From Candidatus Marinacidobacterium sp. (GTDB lineage: Bacteria > Acidobacteriota > Vicinamibacteria > Marinacidobacterales > Marinacidobacteraceae), in the NCBI GenBank assembly GCA_965220965.1, contig OZ244852.1, positions 2,560,001-2,624,000 of the forward strand: a stretch of DNA of 64,000 nt, given 5' to 3'. Below, in pieces: positions 24,700 to 32,432 of this stretch. Each line of letters opens with the position of its first letter. Position 1 is the stretch's first letter. The notes under the pieces were generated by a model. It saw only the letters and a program-made list of their open reading frames with translations. It made no database searches and had not been told where the DNA came from. Both the position numbers and the translations under genes were made by a program.

Positions 24700-24715
24700 G
24701 TTGCTTCTCCCGCGC

Positions 24716-24921
24716 TTAACGGTCCGTTGATAAAGTCGCGTGCAGCGCCGAGAGCGGTGAGGCGCCCGGCCGACAAGGCGCGTGAGCGAGGAATATCGCG
24801 AATATTCCGAGTGAAACGCAACGATGAGCGCCCCAAAGGGGCGCGGTTCGGGCGGGATGCATCGCCGCTCGAGCCCCTGCCGGGAGAACCGGGCCGCGGG
24901 ACTTTGTCAACGGGCTGTTAA
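24716..24921. mobile_element. MITE-like element with imperfect terminal inverted repeats, bounded by TTAA
   Basis: TTAACGGTCCGTTGATAAAGTC (24716-24737) versus GACTTTGTCAACGGGCTGTTAA (24900-24921): 19 of 22 positions complementary, non-coding interior. Confidence 0.72.
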
Positions 24922-26249
24922 CCACGGAGCCGGTCGAGGATCCCGTCCCAGCGCCCGTCTCCCTGCGCTCCGTAGTCGAACGGGAGTGCGCGCCAGTCCT
25001 GGCGCGTGCGCCCGTTCAGGTCCCACGCGAGCCGCCCGTCCTTGAACGTCATCTCGCAGACCAGCTTCTCGCGCCCATCGTGGCGCGCGCCGAAGCTGTC
25101 CACGAACCCGAACTCACCGGTCTCCAGCTTCAGCACCGCGACATCGGCGACCGCGCCGACCGAAAGGTGGCCCAGCTCGTCGCGGTGGATCATCCGCGCC
25201 GCACGCCAGGTCGACTGGTCGATCACATCCTCGAGGGACACCCCCAGCGCCAGCAACTTGCTCATCGTGGTGATCTGGTCGTGCATCCCGCCGTTCATGG
25301 AGCCGATGTGGAGGTCCGTCGAGATCGTGTCGGGGGGGAACCCGGCTTCCAGACAGCGGGCCGCCACGCTCCACTTGAAGCTGCCCCCGCCGTGCCCGAC
25401 ATCGAAGAGAACGCCCCGCTCCCTGCCGGCGAAGAGGCCGGGGTTCGGCGTTCCGTCGTCCAGCAGTTCGCGCCGGTTGCCTGCGTAGCAGTGCGTGTAG
25501 ATGTCTCCGGGGCGCAGCTTCTCGCCGAGGAGCGTCTCGATGGGACGCTCCGGCAGGTTCGACCCGAAGTCCACCATGACCGGGATCCCGGCGGTCTCCC
25601 CGGCGCGGACCGACTCCTCGATCGGGAACCAGTCCGCTCCGGCGTAGTGGGCGGTCTTGACCCCCACCACGAGGTCGGCGTGCTCGCGCGCGAACGCGGC
25701 GGTCGGGGCCGCTTCCATGTCCGCGAGGTTTTGCTCCACCTCGCCGCCGCGCATCCCGTGGCCGACGATGTTCAGGAACGCCAGGATCCGCGTCTGGCTG
25801 CGGCCGATGACCGTTTCCCGGAACGTCTCGAAGTTGCGCCACCCGGCGCAGCCGGCGTCCACCGCGGTCGTGACGCCGGAGTGGAGCGTGTGGCCGTCGG
25901 GATAGAGGCTGTTGTCGCCGACGAACGATCCCGGCTCGTTCTGTCCCGCGAAGACGTGGACATGGACATCGATCAGCCCGGGAGTGACGAGGAGTCCCCG
26001 GCAGTCGACGACCTTGAAGGCCCGTTCGGGCGCGATCGCGGCTTCGACCGCCGCCACCCTGCCGTCCCGGACGGCGAGGTCGCGGATCGCGCTCACCGAG
26101 TTGCGCGGGTCGATCAGGCGCCCTCCCGCCAGCAGGAAATCGAACTCCGGCGCCTGGGCGGAGCGGGCCGAACCGGCCAGCGGCAGCGCGGCGGCCCCCG
26201 CCAGCAGCTCCCGGCGCGAGAGGCCGGGCTTTCCTCGGGTCATGCGCAT
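24918..26249 (-). CDS. amidohydrolase/deacetylase-family metallohydrolase (dihydroorotase-like) with Tat signal
   Basis: Motifs PGLIDVHVH, GVTTAVDAG, GVK, THCY, FDVGHG and ISTDLH; N-terminus SRRELL; start 26249 has SD GGAGG. Confidence 0.88.
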   Translation of the reverse strand: MRMTRGKPGLSRRELLAGAAALPLAGSARSAQAPEFDFLLAGGRLIDPRNSVSAIRDLAVRDGRVAAVEAAIAPERAFKVVDCRGLLVTPGLIDVHVHVFAGQNEPGSFVGDNSLYPDGHTLHSGVTTAVDAGCAGWRNFETFRETVIGRSQTRILAFLNIVGHGMRGGEVEQNLADMEAAPTAAFAREHADLVVGVKTAHYAGADWFPIEESVRAGETAGIPVMVDFGSNLPERPIETLLGEKLRPGDIYTHCYAGNRRELLDDGTPNPGLFAGRERGVLFDVGHGGGSFKWSVAARCLEAGFPPDTISTDLHIGSMNGGMHDQITTMSKLLALGVSLEDVIDQSTWRAARMIHRDELGHLSVGAVADVAVLKLETGEFGFVDSFGARHDGREKLVCEMTFKDGRLAWDLNGRTRQDWRALPFDYGAQGDGRWDGILDRLRG

Positions 26250-26296
26250 CCCTCCCGGGGAGAGTGTCTCAGGGACTGATTGCCGCTGCCGTTCGC

Positions 26297-27769
26297 TCAG
26301 GCCCGCCACGGGTAGGGCGGCCGGCGGCGATGCCAGTCGGTCTCCCGCTGGAACGCCATCCCGAAGTCCATGACCGCCTGGTCGTCCATGGCCGAGCCCA
26401 CGATCTGGAGCGACAGCGGGAGCCCGTCCTCGTCGAACCCGCACGGAATCGCGAGACCCGGGTGCCCCACCAGATTCGCAATGTAGTTGAGCCTCGGCGT
26501 CCCGTCGCTGACGTCCCCGGGGGGCTCCCACTCGGGGCGCGCCGGGATCGGCCAGCCGTCTTCCACCTCCCGCCGCGCGGCGCCGTTCGGCCAGGTGGGG
26601 GCGACGACCGCATCGAAGCGCGACAGCACCTCGTCCGCCTCGCGGACGAGCTGGTTCCGGATCCGCTGGGCGGTGACGTAGTCGGCCGCGGGCAGCATCC
26701 GGCCCGCCATCCAGCCGGCGCGGCGATCCTCGTTGAACGAGAACATGTCTCGGGCCCGTCCATCGTCGAAAAGCTCCCGGAAGTTCGTCCCGCTCTCCAC
26801 CGTCACGATCGTGGTGAACAGCGCTCCGGTGGGCCGCAGCGGCAGCTCCACCTCCTCGACCTCCACCCCGATCTGCCGGAAGACATCGAGGGCTTCCTCG
26901 AAGACGCGGCGGGTGGTTTCCGACTGCGACAGCTCGAACTCGGGGCGGTGGACTCCGAGCCGCCGCCCGCGCATCGAACCCGGATCGGACCGGAAGACGA
27001 AGGGCTCCGCCACCGTGCTCGGGTCGCCGGCGTCGGGCCCGGCGATCTGCTCCAGCACGAACCCGCAGTCTTCGACGCATCGCCCGACCGGGCCGATCTT
27101 GTCGAGGCTCCACGACAGCGCCATGCAGCCGACTCGGCTGACCCGCCCGAAGGTCGGGCGGAGTCCGGTGGCGCCCACTGCGGACGCCGGGAACACGATG
27201 GATCCGCCGGTCTCGGTTCCGATCCCGAAGCCGATGAGCCCGGCGACCGCCGCCGCCACCGTTCCGCTCGAGGAGCCGAAGCTCGTCCGGTCCAGCTTCC
27301 AGGGGTTCAGCGCCGAACTGGTGTTCCCGCCGGCGAACTCCCCGAGCGACATCTTGGCGAACATCACCGCGCCCGCTTCCTCGAGAAGCCGGATCACCGC
27401 GGCGTCCCGGTCCGGGATCCGGTCGGCGAAGATCCCGGAGCCCCAGGTCGTCCGCACGCCGCGGGTGTCGAGGAGATCCTTGACGCCATACGGGATGCCG
27501 TGAAGGAGGCTCCGGCGGGTTCCTTCCGCCCGCTCGCGGTCGGCGCGCCGGGCGTCCTCGAGCGCCCGGTCACGGGCGATCGTGACCATGGTGGCGAGCT
27601 TTCCCTCGTGGTCGAGGCGGGGCTCGCTGGGCAGCGGGAACGGCGGGACGTCGAGTTCCTCCGCCCGTTCGAGATACGCCTCGGTCAGTTCGACCGATGT
27701 GAAGTCGCCGGCATCGAGGCCGGCGGCCAGCTCGGGGACCGACCCGAACAGGGTGTCCTCGTTGACCAT
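26297..27769 (-). CDS. amidase-signature enzyme (GatA/AtzE-like), no signal peptide
   Basis: Ser-cisSer-Lys triad motifs LHGIPYGVKD, GSSSG and GTETGGSI; also GLRPTFGRVSR. Confidence 0.92.
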   Translation of the reverse strand: MVNEDTLFGSVPELAAGLDAGDFTSVELTEAYLERAEELDVPPFPLPSEPRLDHEGKLATMVTIARDRALEDARRADRERAEGTRRSLLHGIPYGVKDLLDTRGVRTTWGSGIFADRIPDRDAAVIRLLEEAGAVMFAKMSLGEFAGGNTSSALNPWKLDRTSFGSSSGTVAAAVAGLIGFGIGTETGGSIVFPASAVGATGLRPTFGRVSRVGCMALSWSLDKIGPVGRCVEDCGFVLEQIAGPDAGDPSTVAEPFVFRSDPGSMRGRRLGVHRPEFELSQSETTRRVFEEALDVFRQIGVEVEEVELPLRPTGALFTTIVTVESGTNFRELFDDGRARDMFSFNEDRRAGWMAGRMLPAADYVTAQRIRNQLVREADEVLSRFDAVVAPTWPNGAARREVEDGWPIPARPEWEPPGDVSDGTPRLNYIANLVGHPGLAIPCGFDEDGLPLSLQIVGSAMDDQAVMDFGMAFQRETDWHRRRPPYPWRA

Positions 27770-27780
27770 CCGCCCCGTTC

Positions 27781-28095
27781 TCAGGCCCGCCGGAAGATCA
27801 GCAGCGGCGGCTCATCGGGGTCGAGCGGGAAGTCGCGCAGCTCGCGCTGCACCCCGACCATGCCCGACAGCGCCCGGCGCAGCCGGTCGAGCTCCTCCGG
27901 ATCCTCGTAGATGCCGCGCGGCCCCTGGTGGTCCAGCAGCGCCTGCGCGGTCGTCACCGAGACCTCACCGGTCTCCTCGACTTCGGCGCAGGCCGCCGAC
28001 CACAGGAGCCCGGAGGCCGCGCCGCCGGCGGCGAGGAAACGGCGCCGATCCACCGGTCGCCCGGCTCCGATGGGTCCCGGGGAGGGACGGCTCAG
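27781..28095 (-). CDS. small Tat-signal protein, AtzG/GatC-like putative amidase partner (start CTG 28095 or GTG 28053)
   Basis: DRRRFLAAGG...SAAC followed by a helical body ending LRDFPLDPDEPPLLIF; directly upstream of the amidase. Confidence 0.65.
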   Translation of the reverse strand: MSRPSPGPIGAGRPVDRRRFLAAGGAASGLLWSAACAEVEETGEVSVTTAQALLDHQGPRGIYEDPEELDRLRRALSGMVGVQRELRDFPLDPDEPPLLIFRRA

Positions 28096-29456
28096 AGCTC
28101 GCTCACCGCCTCGGCGATGTTGTCGAGCGCGAGCTGGATCAGCCGCCGCGAGGTCCCGAGGTTCATCCGGAGATGGTTCTCGCCGCCCGGGCCGTAGCTG
28201 GACCCGGCGTTCGTGTAGACGCCGGCGTTCTCGACGAGCCAGCGGACGACGATGGTCTCGGGACTCACCGTCGCCCCCTCGGCCTCGGTCGCCGCGGCCG
28301 CCTTCTCGACGGCGCCGATCGCGTCGGCGATCTGGCCGACTTCCAGCCAGGCGAGGTAGGTGCCCTGCGCCTTGGTGTAGCGGATCTGCGGGATCCTCTC
28401 GCGGAGATACTGCTCCACGAAGTCGTGGTTCCCGTCGAGGTAGACGAGCAGCTCGTCCAGCCAGTCCTGCCCGCCGCGCAGCGCGGCGTGGCTGGCGACG
28501 ACCCCCAGCGTGTTCGTCTGGGCGTCGTGGTGGAGCTGGATCTTCTCGAAGAGTTCGGGATTCGTGGTGTGGAACCACGCCACCTTCATCGCCGCCAGGC
28601 TGAAGGTCTTGCTGACCGACTGGAAGGTGACGCTGTTGTCGACGACCGCCTTGTCAGGCAGCGTGGCGAACGCCGTGTACTTGTTCCCCCGCGTCACGAA
28701 ATCGCAGTGGATCTCGTCCGCGAGAACCAGAACCCGGCGCTCGAGACAGATCTGCCCGAGCCGCATGAGGTCCTCCTGCGACCAGCAGTTCCCCGTGGGG
28801 TTTTGGGGATTGCACAGGATGAGCACGTCGGTGTCGCGCGAAATCCGGGACTCCAGATCATCGAAGTCGAACCGGTGGACGCCGTTCTCGACGATGAACG
28901 GGCTCTCTTCGGCGACCGTCTGCGACCGCCGCAGGTCGAAGTAGAAGCCGTTGTAGGTCGAAGTCGTCAGCAGCACCTTGCTGCCGGGCCGCGCCACCGC
29001 CTTGAGCGTGGCGATGAGCGCCGGGTGGACGCCGTCGGAGAGCGCCATGAGGTCGGGGTTGATCTCGAGGCCGTGCCGCTCCCGGTTCCAGTCCACGATC
29101 GCCGGGAAGAAGTCCTCCGGCATGTGGAGGTAGCCCCAGTTCTCGTGCCGGACCCGCTCCATGAGGGCCTCGGTGACGACCGGGGCGCATTTGAAGTCCA
29201 TGTCGGCGACGCCCATCGCCACCTGGATGTTCTCGGCGCCGTACTGCTCGATGATGCGGTCCCACTTGTTGGAGTCGGTCCCGATCCGCTCGTAGGGCTC
29301 GTCGAAGTCGAAGCCGCCCGAGCCGCCCTGCCACGGGGCCGCCAGCGCCGCCGCGGGATTCCAGAGCGAGCCAGCCGAGGTCGCCGCGCCGGCGGCGGCC
29401 GCCGCGCCCGCGCTCTTCAGGAAGGTTCTCCGGTTCAGCATGGTTCGTCCGGGCAT
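28092..29456 (-). CDS. MalY/PatB-family PLP C-S lyase/aminotransferase with Tat signal
   Basis: Motifs MGVADMDF, LCNPQNPTG, ADEIHCD, SVSKTFSL and GTYLAW; N-terminus NRRTFLK; SD GAGGAG. Confidence 0.92.
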   Translation of the reverse strand: MPGRTMLNRRTFLKSAGAAAAAGAATSAGSLWNPAAALAAPWQGGSGGFDFDEPYERIGTDSNKWDRIIEQYGAENIQVAMGVADMDFKCAPVVTEALMERVRHENWGYLHMPEDFFPAIVDWNRERHGLEINPDLMALSDGVHPALIATLKAVARPGSKVLLTTSTYNGFYFDLRRSQTVAEESPFIVENGVHRFDFDDLESRISRDTDVLILCNPQNPTGNCWSQEDLMRLGQICLERRVLVLADEIHCDFVTRGNKYTAFATLPDKAVVDNSVTFQSVSKTFSLAAMKVAWFHTTNPELFEKIQLHHDAQTNTLGVVASHAALRGGQDWLDELLVYLDGNHDFVEQYLRERIPQIRYTKAQGTYLAWLEVGQIADAIGAVEKAAAATEAEGATVSPETIVVRWLVENAGVYTNAGSSYGPGGENHLRMNLGTSRRLIQLALDNIAEAVSEL

Positions 29457-29601
29457 GGCGTCGACTCCTCGTTCGCTATCGTCCCCGCCGTCAGTGCGGT
29501 CGGCTGCGCGGATCCGGGGACCGCGCGGCGACCATCGGCGCGGGCAGATCGGCCACTATATGCGGGTTGCTGACATTGGCGAAACGGCGAAGGCTCGCTC
29601 C

Positions 29602-32313
29602 GTGAACTCGCGCTCCCCCTGCGCCCGCCGGAGGTCCGGCGCGCTTCCGACCACGCTGCTCCTCGTGCTGGTGGCGGGCGCCCCGGCCGCTGCGCAACCC
29701 CCCTCCCCCGAAGAGGTGCTTGGCTACCCGATGGGCGCGGCGCTCACCGACTACGGCGGCCTCTACCGGTACCTCGCGGCGGTGGAGGACTCCGAACGGC
29801 TCCGGGTCTCCGTCTTCGGCGAGACCTTCGAACATCGGGAGCTGCTTCTCCTCACGATCAGCTCGCCGGAGAACCTGGAGCGGCTCGACCGGATCCAGGC
29901 CGACACCCGCCGCCTCGCCGATCCGCGCGGGCTCGATGCGGAAGAGGCGGAGGAGATCCTCGCCCGCACGCCCGCCGGGGTGTTCCTGAACTACGGGAAC
30001 GACGGCAACGAGTCGGCCGCCTTCGAGGCGGCGCTCTGGATGGCGTGGGAACTCCTCACCGGACGCCACGACGCGCTCCTGGAGGATCTCGTCGTCTACA
30101 TCGTTCCCGCCTCGAACCCCGACAGTCACGAGCGCTTCGTCGCCTGGTTCAACTCGGTGGCGGCGTGGCCCGACGGGGACCCCGACCCGAACGCGGTCGA
30201 GCACCGCGCGCCGTGGGGCCTCTCCACGAACAACAACCACTACCAGATCAACCTGAACCGGGACTCGATCTGGAGCACCCAGCCGGAGAACCGGGCCCTT
30301 CTCCGGCTCTATCTCGAGACCCGCCCCATGGTGTTCGTGGACCACCACGGGGAGACCGACTCCTACATCGGGCCCTGGATGGTCGAACCGCTCCACAGCG
30401 TCCTCACCGGGAACCAGCGCGACTGGCTCGTCGAATACGGCCGCCGCATGGCGGCCGACTTCGCGGGGGCCGGCTACCCCTACAGCCCATGGGAGTTCGG
30501 TCAGTTCGACCCCGGCTACTGGGACACGCTGCCCAACTTCACCGGGTCGATCGGGTTCACCCTCGAGACGACCGGCGGCGGCTGGCGCGGACTCCGCATC
30601 GAACGGCCAGGCGGCGGCGAATACACCCTGCGGGACGGGATCGAGCAGCACCTCGTCGCCGACCGGAGCCTCCTCGCGTTCACCGCCGGGAACCGGGAGC
30701 GGAGGCTCCGGGACTACCTCGCCTACCGGCGGGACGCGCGCGACGGGGATGGCGGGCCGGCGGGCTGGTTCCTTTCCGGCGACGGGGATCCGGCGCGTCT
30801 CGACGAGGTGCGCGCCATGCTGCTCCGCGCCGGCGTCGAGGTGCGGCGGACGACGCGGGAGACCGTCGTCCCCGGGGCCGCTCCGATGTTCCCCCTCACC
30901 GGAGCGGCCGGCGAAGTCCGGCTGCCCCCGGGAAGCCTGATCGTCGCCCGCGACCAACCCGAGGGCCGGCTGGCGCAGGTGTTCGTCGAGCAGGACGCCC
31001 GCTTCAGCGAGGAGTTCCTGGGCCAGGTGGACGAGCACCGCGAGCGGCGCGGCGACCCCGGCTTCCAGCACCCGGACATCTGGACGACCGCCGACGCGTT
31101 CTACGACATCACCGCCTGGTCCGTCCCGCTGACCTACCGCCTCCCGGCGGGGGTCGTTGCGGACGCCGCCAACCTGCCTCTGGACGAGGCGACCGAACTC
31201 CTGGCCTTCCCGGACGACCCGCTGGCCGATCCCCGGCCGACTCCGGGCCGCTTCGACCGGCCGGACGCCGCCTACGGCTTCCTGGTTGCGGGAGACACGG
31301 ATCACGTCTCGATGGCGGCCGTCTGGCTCCGGAACCACGCGGTTCCCTTCCGGGTGGCGACCGCGGAGTTCGAAAGGGACGGCGTCAACTACGGCCGGGG
31401 ATCGCTTCTCGTGTTCCTCGGCGAGGCGCCGGATCCCGCTCTCCTCCGTTCGGGTCTTCGCGAACTCGCCGGGGCCGGGGCCCGGATCGCCGGGGTGAGC
31501 GATCCGCTGAGCGAGGCTGGCCCGCATCTCGGCTCCGACCGGTTTCTCCCGGTGCGCACTGGCCGGGTGGCGATGGTCTACGGGGGGCCGGTCCGGCCCT
31601 CGGCCTACGGCAGTCCCTGGTATCTGTTCGAGCGGCGCTACCGCCTCCCGTTCACCGCGCTCTGGTGGGACCGCCTCGCCGACACCGACCTGCGCGGCTA
31701 TCAGGTTCTGATCCTCCCGGACGGGAGCTATCCGCCGGCGGACACGCCAGAGGGCGCCCGGGTCCTCGACCACCTCGGGGAGTGGACCGCCGAGGGTGGA
31801 ACGATCGTCGCGATGCGCGGCGCCTCGGCGTGGCTCGCGGAGGAAGGAGTGGACTGGACGCGCTCCCGCTTCCAGCCCGGCTTCACCTCGAAGTCCGCGT
31901 TCATGACGGATGGCGGGCGCCCCGACGACCCTCCGGCGCCGGGCGAGACCGGGGTCGCCCCCGCCGAAGTCGTCCCCGGCGCGATCCTTCGCGCGCTCCC
32001 GAATCCCGAGAGCTTTCTGTCGTTCGGCTACGAGGAGCCGTTCCCGGTCATGGTCTGGTCCAGCCTCGCCTTCGAACCCGACCCCTCCATCGCCGTCGGG
32101 GCGCGATTCCCCGAAGACGCGGCGGAGCTCCTCGGGAGCGGGTTCGCGTTCCCCGATTCGCTCGACCGGCTCGCGGGAAGTCCTTATGTCGTCACCGAGC
32201 GCGTCGGCGCCGGCCGGGTCGTGCTTTTCCTGGACGACCCCAACTTCCGCCTCTTCTGGTCCGGGCTGACCCGACTCTTCCTGAACGCGGTCCTCTTCGC
32301 GCCGACCTTCTGA
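29602..32313 (+). CDS. M14-family zinc carboxypeptidase, secreted, with C-terminal GATase-like domain
   Basis: Motifs GETFEHREL, DGNE, NPDSHER, NHYQINLNRD, DHHGE, YDITAWS and DPNFRLFW; start approximate. Confidence 0.85.
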   Translation: MNSRSPCARRRSGALPTTLLLVLVAGAPAAAQPPSPEEVLGYPMGAALTDYGGLYRYLAAVEDSERLRVSVFGETFEHRELLLLTISSPENLERLDRIQADTRRLADPRGLDAEEAEEILARTPAGVFLNYGNDGNESAAFEAALWMAWELLTGRHDALLEDLVVYIVPASNPDSHERFVAWFNSVAAWPDGDPDPNAVEHRAPWGLSTNNNHYQINLNRDSIWSTQPENRALLRLYLETRPMVFVDHHGETDSYIGPWMVEPLHSVLTGNQRDWLVEYGRRMAADFAGAGYPYSPWEFGQFDPGYWDTLPNFTGSIGFTLETTGGGWRGLRIERPGGGEYTLRDGIEQHLVADRSLLAFTAGNRERRLRDYLAYRRDARDGDGGPAGWFLSGDGDPARLDEVRAMLLRAGVEVRRTTRETVVPGAAPMFPLTGAAGEVRLPPGSLIVARDQPEGRLAQVFVEQDARFSEEFLGQVDEHRERRGDPGFQHPDIWTTADAFYDITAWSVPLTYRLPAGVVADAANLPLDEATELLAFPDDPLADPRPTPGRFDRPDAAYGFLVAGDTDHVSMAAVWLRNHAVPFRVATAEFERDGVNYGRGSLLVFLGEAPDPALLRSGLRELAGAGARIAGVSDPLSEAGPHLGSDRFLPVRTGRVAMVYGGPVRPSAYGSPWYLFERRYRLPFTALWWDRLADTDLRGYQVLILPDGSYPPADTPEGARVLDHLGEWTAEGGTIVAMRGASAWLAEEGVDWTRSRFQPGFTSKSAFMTDGGRPDDPPAPGETGVAPAEVVPGAILRALPNPESFLSFGYEEPFPVMVWSSLAFEPDPSIAVGARFPEDAAELLGSGFAFPDSLDRLAGSPYVVTERVGAGRVVLFLDDPNFRLFWSGLTRLFLNAVLFAPTF

Positions 32314-32432
32314 TCCCGGGCCGGGGCCGGTTTCGCGGGGTCCCGGCTGCGCGCCCGGCATGTGACGTGAAATGGCGCATTAGCGCCGATTTCCGGGCTA
32401 CATTCCCTCCCGGTCCGGGGAGGGAGTCACCT

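Noticed and set aside
30045-32432. 1753-aa ORF suggesting a giant N-terminal extension of the AAA ATPase
   Set aside because: The upstream part overlaps the M14 peptidase in another frame and is Arg/Pro/Gly-rich noise; an SD and GTG at 32433 give the plausible start
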